Source of the DNA: a bacterium
GTDB lineage: Bacteria; Patescibacteriota; Gracilibacteria; Absconditabacterales; Absconditicoccaceae
Direction: 5' to 3'
NCBI GenBank assembly: GCA_043720715.1
Contig: JAYSSF010000090.1
Span: 2,020 to 66,019 of the forward strand
Length of the DNA stretch: 64,000 nucleotides
The notes beneath the pieces are model-generated. The model was not told where the DNA came from. It did not search any database and saw nothing but the letters and a program-made list of their open reading frames with translations. The position numbers and the translations under genes were made by a program. Of the stretch, positions 20,188 through 31,800 are shown one piece after another (the first letter of the stretch is position 1; each line of letters starts with the position of its first letter).

Positions 20188-20611
20188 TTCAAAAAATTAA
20201 TAAAGTGACTTTTTCGAGAATATAATTTACAAATTTTATAGATGCTCTTACCTTGGTCATTTTACCTTTGAGTCTTCTTTTATCTATTAATTTTATCTTA
20301 TTAAGTACGACATTTCAGGACCTAATTCAATATTTTTGATAGTTTTGGACTTCTATGCAATAATTGTCCTGTGATTTATGGTATTTGGTAGTTAGTGGGG
20401 CAATTAATACTAAATTATTGCCAAGATTATTGTTTAAAATAATGGATGCTCTTTTAAATTCTCAGTCCTTTGAAATTTCATTTCAAACGTTCATGCCCTC
20501 ATAGTATCGCCAAAACTCTCAAACAATAACATCGTTAGCTTTAGCGGGTGAAAATTCAATATCAATCTTTTTTTCAATCCAGTTATGAAATTCTGTAGAA
20601 GTTTTATTCAT
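20177..20611 (-). CDS. PemK/MazF-like toxin family protein, paralog 2, 144 aa
   Basis: ATG 20611, TAG 20179-20177. ..V-G-EFWRYYEGMNV-G-NEISKD-G-EFKRASIILNNNLGNNLVLIAPLTTKYHKSQDNYC..VLNKIKLIDKRRL. Starts 21 nt downstream of the glyQS stop on the same strand. Confidence 0.65.
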
Positions 20612-20632
20612 CGAAAAAATCTAGATAAATTA

Positions 20633-22345
20633 TTAATGACACCCACAACCTCCACCACAACACACTTTTTCTCCGCAATCATCTCCGCAATCATCGCCGA
20701 GGATATTGATCTCAAGCATGATGAGCTCCTCGAGTGTCATCCTACCGTCATCACCAAGCTGCTCCATCGTGTCACGATCTCTGACTGTGACTGTGCCGTC
20801 CTCGAGTGTTTGGTGATCAATGGTGACGCAGTATGAAGTACCGATCTCGTCTTGTCTGCGGTATCTCTTGCCGATACCGCCACTACCATCATACTCACAG
20901 GTATAACCAGCTTGACGTAAGATCTTCTGCAATGAGCGAGCTTTGGCTACCATCTCGTCAGACTTCTCCAATAATGGCAATACGGCAAACTTCACAGGAG
21001 CTAGAGCAAATGGAAATCTGACAACAATCCTGGTATCAGTCTGTCATTCTCATTTGTCGAGGATTTCTTCGTCATAGAACTCGAGCATCGCTACCATCGT
21101 CTGTCTACCTAATCCCCAAGATGCTTCCACGCACCATGGGATGTATCTTGCACCAGTCTTCGGGTCGATATATTGCATATCTTTGCCACTATGGGTTTGA
21201 TGTTGTGTGAGGTCAAAGTTGGTTCTGTTGTGTACTCACTGTACCTCTCAGAATCACCATGGGAAAGCATATTCTACATCAGTAGCAGCTGCTGCATAGT
21301 GAGCGAGTTTATCATGATCTTTGAATCTGAGATGATCAGGGTTGATACCGATGACTTCCGTCCAGTAGTGCCATGAGTCAGCTTTCCACTGATCAAAAAA
21401 CTTCATTGCCTCATCAGGATCTGCAGGGACAAAATATTCGATCTCCATCTGTTCAAACTCACGAGTACGGAACAAGAACTGTCCAGGAGTAATCTCATTA
21501 CGAAATGCTTTACCTATCTGTGCAAGACCAAATGGAATACGGTTCCTCGTGGTATCGCATACCATCTTAAAATCAGTAAAGAGCGACTGACATGTCTCAG
21601 GTCTCATATAGACCTTGTTGGCATCATCTGCGACTGGTCATAGGTGCGTGTCGAGCATGAGGTTGAAGTTTCTACATTCAGTCCAGTCAGCGGGCTTACC
21701 TGTATCGGGATTGTTTGGAATTTCGTTCACGATAAATTTATACATTCAGTCGTTGCCTCGTGCCTCAGGCGAAAGGTTATTAAAGTTATATTTATCTTTC
21801 ATTTCTTTGGCTAATTCTTTCTCTATGTTCATAATTTTATCTCCATATCCTGTTATATCTCATCACTTAACTTGCATTCCTGTGATAGTTTGATCTATCA
21901 TAACTTCTTGATATTTTCAGTCTTTATCATGAAAGCGATCTATTTCATACTCATATTCAATATCTACATTTTCTTTATTAATTTTTTCCAGCATTTTATT
22001 TCTCTTTTTCTCAATATATGCCTCAATAATCTTATCAGCACGGAATCTCTGACCAGTCACACGATCATCAATGAGCGCATCTGCAAATGATCCTACGTGA
22101 CCACTCGCTACCCATGTTGTAGGATGAGCAATGATAGCTGTATCCATATACACTACATCATCTCTATCAGCAGTAAAATGCTTGACCCACAGATCTGAGA
22201 TATTCTTCTTGAGGACGGCACCATATGGACCGTAATCCCACGCATTGGCAAGTCAGCCATAGATATCTGAGTTTGGATAGACGAATCATTTACGTTTTGC
22301 CCATGAGACGATGGTTTCTAGTGGAAATTGCTTGTTTGAGTTCAT
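20633..22345 (-). CDS. glyQS: glycine--tRNA ligase (single-chain class II GlyQS type), 570 aa, with Cys-rich C-terminal tail
   Basis: ATG 22345, TAA 20635-20633. Joins same-frame track ORFs 21917..22153, 21254..21607 and 20633..20995. ..[13 protein letters not shown].., ..[39 protein letters not shown]... Tail [21 protein letters not shown]. Confidence 0.92.
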
Positions 22346-22465
22346 TGTATAAATAATGTGAATTTATAAAGGTTTGCACCCTCTCGGGCGACACGAAGTT
22401 AGCACTCTTACGAGCATCGAGATGCTTTAGTGTATACGCTGTTGCTATAAAGTTTTTATCGTGTT

Positions 22466-22612
22466 CTCGTCATTGTCCCGATTATTATCGGGATAAACTT
22501 GAGAGCTACGTACGAAGCGACGTGGCAATCCAGTTTATCTAGTGCATTTATTTTTTAAGATCATCAGCTCAATGGATTGCTTCGTGCCTCGCAATGACGA
22601 GTGCTGTGGATG
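22466..22612. repeat. REP/MITE-like element of the 'CGCAATGACGAG' family in the glyQS / gene B divergent intergenic region
   Basis: ctcgtcattg (22466-22475) pairs with caatgacgag (22598-22607). Internal hairpin cccgattattatcggg; ggcaatcc / ggattgc arms. A 32-nt stretch is the exact inverse of 1258-1289. Confidence 0.6.
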
Positions 22613-22769
22613 CTGATGATACTGACATGAAAATATCCAATTTCTCCCCAATTACAAGCAGAACATGAGTTGGGTCAGATTACTTTTATTATCATAATAT
22701 ATTTGTCAATATTATTATTACATCTGACCTGTCGTGTCGTGATGATTTAGTTGTGTGATTGCTGTTTTT

Positions 22770-22798
22770 TTGTGTGTGATAGATACTATCGATATGAT
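22770..22798 (+). promoter_or_regulatory. candidate promoter of giant gene B
   Basis: TTGTGT (22770-22775), 17-nt spacer, TATGAT (22793-22798), about 33 nt before ATG 22831. Weak -35. Confidence 0.3.
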
Positions 22799-22830
22799 AT
22801 AAGGTATATTATTGCGCTAATTCTACATCC

Positions 22831-25800
22831 ATGATTAAAACAAAAAACATTGCTTGTAGATTCTATTTCTGAATCATTACTTTGATAGTATGATATATGC
22901 TATTGGGCTCATTTGTACATTGATTTGATAGTTGGTGACCAAGAGGTTGGTTTTCTGCTAGTGCGGGTATTACGCAATCATCCAATCTGGTATCTCAGCG
23001 ACAATCAACCGTAGATCCTAGTAATATTTTGGTAGGATGATATTGAAATTCAAGTCTTTATCCTGTATATACTGCAAACGGAATCAACGGATTGCCAGTG
23101 ATAAATTTCACCTATAACCCAGCAGAAAGTAATGATAGATTTATGCTTGGTAGTAATATCTTTGAGCCTAAAAACTGAGGAAGGATGTTTTTCCATATTT
23201 TTAGTGTCGTGTCTCTTGCGACAGCAGGCGATATGAGTCATATTATCTTTCAAGAGCAGCACGATGGTGATAAGAATATCTGACTTAAAGTACAAAATGG
23301 TGGTAACATCCAATTTCTATACGGGTGAGCAGGTGATGGAAAAACTGTGAGTACGACCGTAGCAAGTACAAACTTTACCTGGAACAAGCCGAACTTAATA
23401 TCGGCGTTATATGCAAGTACAACTAATGGAGGAGCTGGTGCTCAGATAAAAGTCAACGGCAATCTCGTTGCTACCAAGACCACCAATCAATCACGAGCAT
23501 GATGATGGGATGGAGTATCTACTAATATCTATCGGTGAAGAATGAATGGATCATTGGCCGAATCTTTGATTTTTAGATGATATGACACAGAGATACTAAG
23601 CTCTGCACAGAAAAATCAAATTGAATCATATTTTATGATTAAATATGGTATTGCTCCGCACACAAGTAACACAAACCTATACAATACTTCCAATGGGCTC
23701 GTATGGAACGCTGCTACCAATGCAAGTTACAATAATAGTATCTTTGGTATTGGACGTGATACAACTAGCAGACTCAATTCAACAACCAGTGAGTCAACTA
23801 CCAATACAACGCTCAAAATCCAAGCCTCTACAACACTAACGAATCAGCAATATCTGATGATGGGAGACGACAATGGTGGGATGTCATGGTGATCTACAGC
23901 ATCCAACGCTCCGATCAATATGGTGAGACTCGCTCGTATGTGGTACGTACAGAAGACATGACCTACTGACGCATATACTACTACGATCTCAATTCCTACC
24001 AGTCAGTTGCCAACTCATGCATCAAATCAGTATTATGTTGCTGTTGATACTGATACTGATTTCTCCAACTCGACGATCTATCCTGCGACCAACGTTGGCG
24101 GAAGATGGACTGCAGCATGAGTAACTATCAATAATGCTAGTTTTGTCACATTTATCGCATGAGTACCTGCAGCATTGGTGGGCGATAGAGTATGGATCGA
24201 TGCCAACAATAATGGTATCCAAGATGAATGAGAAGTAGGTCTCGGATCAGTAACAGTAACGTTGAAGTCTTGTGGCGGGATCTACGGAGCTGGTACTCAG
24301 CCACCAACCAATTACAATGGTACCGTAATTGCTACCACAACTACTAACGCATGAGGCTCTTATAATTTTACGGTAGCACCAGGAGTATATTACGTCGAAT
24401 TTTTGCCATCATCATCATATAAATTTGCACCTCAGCATGCTGGATGATATGGTACCAATATTACCACCAACTCTGATGCTCATCCTCACTCTGGTAAAAC
24501 AAGATGTGAAAACTTTGCCAGTAATAGTACAGACAATAGTATGGATGCATGAGTGATTACTCAGACATATAGTAGTTGTGATAGTCTGACTTTATCCAAT
24601 GTTATCACTGTCTGACCCAATAGATACCAGAAGCCCGGTGTCTCGTTCACAGCCACACTGGCATGATATGGTCAGAATGCTAGTCTCGCATGAACCAATG
24701 TCGCATGATGATGATCTAATACTCAAGCACCCTGAGTCTACAACCGGTCTCCAAGTATGAGTAGTAGTATAATCGGTACCTGGACAATCAATGGGTCCAT
24801 CGACTGATATAACTACAAACTCGACTACTACAACAATCCTGCAGCATATACAAACTCCTGTATGTATAGAACAATCAGTGCTGGAGTATTCTGTGCAGAG
24901 AGGACAGCGTTGGCTCCGTTTATCTGATCGAGTGTCAATATGAATAGTTCACCGACTACAATCAGTCCTATCACATACTGTACACCAGCCCAAACTCTAA
25001 GTAACGGCTGTACAGCTCCTATCGACGCTCCTCAGTCATCACTGGTGAGAACTGACAATACCTGTACACAAAATATCACCATTATGAATGAGGCTACAAT
25101 CTGTAATAGTCTGGTAAGTGATATGAGTGCAGCTGACTGTAATGGTTTGATTGCGTTGTACAATAGTGCATGATGAGCCTCATGGACCAATAAGACCAAC
25201 TGGCTGTTCAACGGAGATACTACATGGACGACAGCATGTGACTGGTTTGGAGTGGCTTGTGCTGGTGGACGTTTGATTTCTGTTGGTCTTTGATCCAATA
25301 ATATGGGAGGTACACTACCTACGCTTCCTGCTGGGGCATGGACTGCTCTCACAGATGTTAGTTTTGTAAATAATAATATCGGTGGATCACTACCAAGTGC
25401 ATGGTCAACATTGACCGCAATGAGATATTTCAATGTAGCAAATAATGTGAATCTTAATACAACACTACCAACAGCATGGTCTACCTGGACACAGATGCTT
25501 GGATTTTGGATTTATGCTACCACTCCATGAGGTACTATTCCAACTCAATGGTCTACTTGGACACAACTTCAGACATTTGATGCCAACTCACCTACCAATG
25601 GTGTAGGATTTAATGGTACACTCCCAGCATCATGGTCGAGCATGACTAATCTAAGAGGATTCTATGTATTTAATCATAAATTAGACTGAACAATACCTAC
25701 TCAATGGTCATCGATGACGCAAATGAGATCATTTATGGCGCATAATAATAATCTGGATGGGCCAATACCAAGCACAGTGGAATCATGGACACTGCTTGAT

Positions 25801-28800
25801 TCCGCATGATGGAATAGTGTGATCTCGAGCAACTGTATGGGTACAGGTCATGTATGAGGAACGCTACTGACTCATCTTAATTCTCGTTTTGCTGGAACTG
25901 ATCCTGCTACCTGGAACAATGCAGCAGCATATGGTTGGAGAACGCAAAAAGCGTGTGCTACTGACATCCGTATCACATCAGCAGTGATCACTGCTGGAGA
26001 TCTGGTCAATGGTAATACTGCTACCTACAGTGTCACAGTCAACAACAACTGATCTCGCTGGGCATATGCACCTCATGTAGCGGTCTCGATAGCAGGAGGT
26101 CTCGTGGCGAGTAGCACAACACTCGTGTATGGTACGCTTGCTCCTGGAGCTAGTCAGACTCTGACATTTACCGTCACTAAGGGTAGTGTCACTGCTGGTA
26201 CCAACAATATAACCAATACATTTGTCCTATCAGATGCATCAATCTCTGATCCAACACCTGGTAATAATACGGTAACGAGCATCACGTCTGTAAGATGAAG
26301 TAGTTATACCATGTGTAATAATAGCTCTCTGACGGTGCCAACAATAGAATGTGAATCACTCAATAACCTCTATGCAAGCACTAATGGTGTCTCATGGGTC
26401 AACAAGACCAATTGGACAACAAATCCTGATATAAGTACGTGGTTTGGAGTTACTACGGCATCATACACGGACGGTCCATTTATGAGATTTACGTTTGATG
26501 ATAGTACTGTGGTTGATAAGAGTAGTAATGGTCGCAATGGTACGATCGTATGAGGTACTACATTTACAGCTGGTAAATTTGGTAATGCTGCCAGATTTGA
26601 TGGATTATCAAATAGTAGAGTCACTACAGTTAGTACGGCAGCAGCTGGCAATAACATCACATGGTCTGCGTGGATCAATAGAGAACAATCTACCAATGCA
26701 TACAATATGTTTATGTGACAGTGGCTTCCTTATGCTGCGTTTAGGAGTGATGGGTATATTATGTGGTCACTCAATATCAACTGAGTACAGCAAAGTATTC
26801 AAAGTGCAAGTAATGCATATGTTGATAATACCTGGTACTTTGTGACAATGACGTATGATGGTTCAACGATTAGGTTATATGTAGATGGAGCCCTTAGTAA
26901 TTCACAATCACAACCAGGTACGCTATCATATAGTAATACATTTTCAATCGGAGACGGATATGAGGGTGCTTGGTATCCATTCAAATGAATGGTGGATGAT
27001 GTGCGCGTCTATAATCGTGTTCTCACTCCTGTAGAGATAGCACAGTTATATAATAGTAATGAGATTAAAAACACCGTTAGATCACTAAATCTAAATCCAA
27101 ACGGTGTATGTGGACGATGAACTGACGCAGCTACCAACAATATGATAGGTACCTTGCCTGCGTCATTGGGTAATTTGTGATCACTTGATGCTTTATGTTT
27201 TGCGTATAATCCTGGACTCGTAGGTTGATTGCCTTCCACCTTTGGTAACTTGAGGCTGATGAATAATCTTGTAGTACATAGTAACGTCAACCTAAAGGGA
27301 CAATTGCCAGCAAATATAACCCAAATGAGCCCATCTACTCTTTGGATGCCTAGCAATGGATTTACTGGTAACCTCAATGCTTTATGATCATGGAATAGAA
27401 CTGTATGGCTTGGTCTGTATAATAATGGGTTTACTGGTCCTATACCATCTACAGTGTCTAATATGACAGCAATGTACTATTTCCATTTAAATAATAATCC
27501 ATGATTAACTGGGCCACTACCAAGTCAGCTTTTCTCATTACCCAATATTGGATACGTGATCTTAAGTAGTAATAATCTGAATACATCAGTACCGACTCTG
27601 ACATATAATCCATCACTATTCTATATTGATCTGAATAGTGCAGGCATCGTGGGTAATCCTTTTGCTGAGTTGGTCAAGATGACAAATCTGACTCAATTAC
27701 ATGTTGGTGGTAATCCATCTATATGATGATCAGTACCATCTACAATCAATAACCTTAATAAACTCACTCACCTCAATATTAGCGCTAATGGTATGAGTAA
27801 TACTACATTGCCTAATATTACAATTCCTACTTTACAATATCTTTGGGCCAACACAAATGGATTTACTGGTTCACTCCCATCATTACCAGCATCAATCAGG
27901 AATTTTGAAGCACAGGATAATATGTTCAAGGGAACTTTGCCAGTAAGCTATGGTTCATTAACAAATCTGCAGTATCTCTATCTACGAAGTAGTCAGCTCG
28001 AATGAGCAATACCTAGCTCATGGGCGGGTATGACACAGTTGAGAAGGTTGTGACTTGGTAATAATAATCTCGAATGAGTGATGCCTGTATCCACTTTCCA
28101 AGCAATGACCAGTCTCGACACCAATCTATGGTGATCAATGTTAGGTAATAACTGTTTTTATAATGGATCTCTGACTGTTGGAGAAAGAAACTATATGGAT
28201 ACTAAATTTAGTCACTGGCTTGGCGATAGTTTTTGGGAATGGAGAAACCAAAAAGCCTGTGGTACTGACTTGGAGGTAGTATCAGCTACTCCATCGGGTA
28301 CCCTACAAAATGGAAGTCAGATCGCCTATACTGTGACGATCCGCAACAATGGACCTCGTATCGCCTATGATCCGAAATTCAATATTACATTGACAAATGG
28401 TCTCCAGTTTAACGATAGCTCCAATAGTACTAAGACGATCAATCTTGGTCAGATGACCGCATGACAGACTATTGTACAGACGATCATCGTCAATAAGCTA
28501 TGAGTAGGTAGCACGACGATCAACTATACCAATACGTTTGCTGTAGCAGATACATCTACTAGTGACCCTACGCCAGCCAACAATAGTAAATCTCATGCAG
28601 GTACTGCCAATGGTAGTGCATATCCGATCTGTCTCAATCCTACTACCAACGTAATCCAGTCAGACTGTGAAGCTCTATGAGACCTCTATACAGCCACTGC
28701 TGGGGCCAACTGGACTCGCAAAGCCAACTGGCTCTCTGCTACTGACGTGAGTACATGGCAGTCAGTAACCATCTCTGCTGGTCGTGTCATCAACCTGGAT

Positions 28801-31800
28801 CTGTCGGTCAATAATCTCAACTGATCTCTACCTGCAAGTATCGGTAACCTCACCATGCTAAGAACACTGTATCTGAGTGAAAATGGGTGACTGACTGGAC
28901 CTATTCCTAGTACAATTGATCAGTTGGATGAGCTGACACATCTGTATTTCCACTATACAGCAGTCAACTGATCTCTGCCTACCACGATCTGAGGTATGGC
29001 AAAGATGTCTTACCTGTATGGCTTCAATACTCAAATTAGCGGTATACCATCTCAGATTGCTAATTTGCCAATAATCAATCAGCTTCAGTTCCAAGGAAAT
29101 CCCAATACCACCAGTCTACCAGATATGACTGCGCTCAATGATACGCTCAGGGTATTCTTTTTCCACAGTAATGGTATTACATGACCTATCCCATCATGGA
29201 TGGGTAATATGACTAACCTACAGTATTTCTATATTGGTTATAATCCGTTTACTGCCGGATGAGTACCTGCTTGGATCTGCAATATGACTAGCTTACAGGA
29301 CTTATATATTGCTGGTAATAATCTCAATGGTACCATGCCAACATGTTTCAACAATGCTTTCCCTCAAATGAGAGCCTTCCAGATTCAGTGAAATCAGATC
29401 GAGGGGCTTCCACCAACTTTGTCTAATAGTAGTAGCCTGACACACTACTATATTCACTCTAATCTGTTCAGTTGACCACTACCAAGCTGGATGGCAAATA
29501 TTGCCACCTTTAGATATTTATATATGGATAGTAATAGATTTACAGGCCCAATCCCAGCAAACTTTGCTAATATGAGTACTGCAAGTATCATCTTCCGTGT
29601 AAGTAGTAACTATCTGGATCGTGATGCAAGCAACAACGCGCTCATCTCTCCAGCATTACAAACATGGTGGAACAATATTGTAGTATATAACAATGACCCA
29701 ACAAACTATAAACTCATCTGATGACAGTGAGACATCACTACGCCACTCCTCGGAACAAATGCGAAGCGTCTGCCAGCATATCCATTATTCAACTACAATG
29801 GTCAACCTATGTCTACAGCGATCATTACATGACCAAATGGTAGTAATGTGGAGGCTATATTGCTATGATGATCTCCATATCATGTCGGATATGACAATGG
29901 AGATCATGGTATCACCTTCCAAAATAGTAAAACATATACACTATCGTTTTGGGCTCGTACAACGGCTGGTACTCGTACTATCAATCCTGCACTGAGTGAT
30001 AATACTAATGATTGATTAGTTCCGCAAGTATACAATATTGATACAACATGGAAACAAATCACTGTAAGAAAGACCTATGCTGCTGTATGAGCTAACCCTC
30101 GTGTATTTATTAATTACACTGATGGTGGTACGGCATTCTACTACTATGACCCAATTGTGACTGAGTCTACTGATCTACCTACTGCTATTGACACTAACCG
30201 TATCTCTGTCTTTGATCCTGTAGTTGAGTGATCTGACTTTGCGACAGCTGGCGTAGCAGTATCTGTGTGAGGCGGTGGCACATGTTCTAACCTATTAGTC
30301 ACTCCTAATGCACTCAATAGCAAAAACCTTCCTCAAGCAGCATCTCAGTTTAATCCAGATAATGGCCTCATCGTTCACTATGGATTTGAAGGAAGTAGTG
30401 CAACAGATAATGCATGATGAGATAATAACTGAGCTCCTATCAATATCTCCTATGTTGCAGGAGGTCGTATCACAACCTGAATTGCAGAGAGTGCTGCTGG
30501 TGGATACATCTCACACTCTACCAATGGGCTAAGTCCTACCAATGGTACAATCTCGGTCTGGCTCAGGCCTACAGTATTGTCATCATGGGGTATCTGGCAG
30601 ACGCATAATGGAGACGTCAATCCAGTAAACTGGATCTCGATGTTCTCATGGACCAATGAAAATCTCTACTTCCGTATGGGTGATGGTATTAGCTGTTGTA
30701 GCAACGACCTTGTTATCAGTCCTACTGTCTATATCACTCCTAGTGCATGGAATCATCTTACATTTACATGGCAGGGTAATGCTGACGGACTAGTCAATGA
30801 TACCATGAATATCTATGTCAATGGTAGACTAGTATGAACTCGTACTGCAAACCTGCAGTGATCGATTAATCCGATAGGTCTTTTGGGCTATGGACATGCT
30901 CGTGACTTAGATGGTACGCTGGATGATTTCCGTGCATACAACCGTGCACTCAGCGCTGCTGAAGTAGTAAACCTGTATAACGAAAGATCAATTAATATTG
31001 CAGCTCAGGGTAGCTATGCATGATGTTATCTCATTACCACCGATCGTGGATCAAATACATCCAATGCAGTCAGACTAGGAGATTTTACAGCTACGTTTTC
31101 ACCATATCCAATATGTAATAATCCTGCTCGTACCGTACCTCAGTCTGAATGTACTGCTCTCATGGATCTGTATACGAGTGCATGATGAGCTTCATGGACA
31201 AACAAGACTAACTGGGGCACGAGTCCAGATATCGATAGCTGGTTTGGTATACAAACCGTCACTGTTGGCTCAGATCAGCGTGTGTCTGCCATCTGTATCA
31301 ACCGTACAGCATGATGAGCAGAGCAGTGTGGATATGGAGGTATTGGTAACAATATGATAGGAACATTACCTGCTTCGATTGGTAGCTTCCCATATTTGAC
31401 AACTCTCGGACTCTCGGACAATGATGGACTTACTGGTCCCATCCCAACAGGTATCGGTAATCTGACAAACCTAGTACTATTCCAATCAACACAGACAAGT
31501 CTCAACGGTACACTCCCAGATAGTATGGTAAATCTCAATAATCTGACCAACCTGTATCTCTGGGGCAATGATCTGAGTGGTAACCTACCATCTGCGTGGG
31601 GTGCTGGTATGAATTCGATCAACTATATCCACCTGGATAGTAATTTACTCTCATGACCAATCCCTGCATCATGGGCCAACTTTGCCGATACCATGACAGC
31701 ACTGGTACTCAGTAGTCAGAGATGAGCTACCAAGCTTAATGGTACGCTACCATCATGGTTGGGTAACTTTACCAAGATTAGTTGGGTATTCTATTTTCAC

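Noticed and set aside
22346-22470. Possible glycine T-box leader upstream of glyQS. The minus-strand leader contains ..gagagGGTGCAAACC.., vaguely like the T-box GGGTGGTACC, plus a GCATCtcGATGC hairpin.
   Set aside because: I found no convincing Stem I with a specifier loop, no antiterminator/terminator alternative, and no U-run before the ATG. The similarity is limited to a few bases.
29693-29995. 100-aa track ORF in frame 2 inside gene B (MTQQTINSSDDSE..).
   Set aside because: It overlaps the continuous frame-1 reading of gene B, which here encodes a CBM-like unit homologous to C 43700-44210. The frame-2 product has no features.
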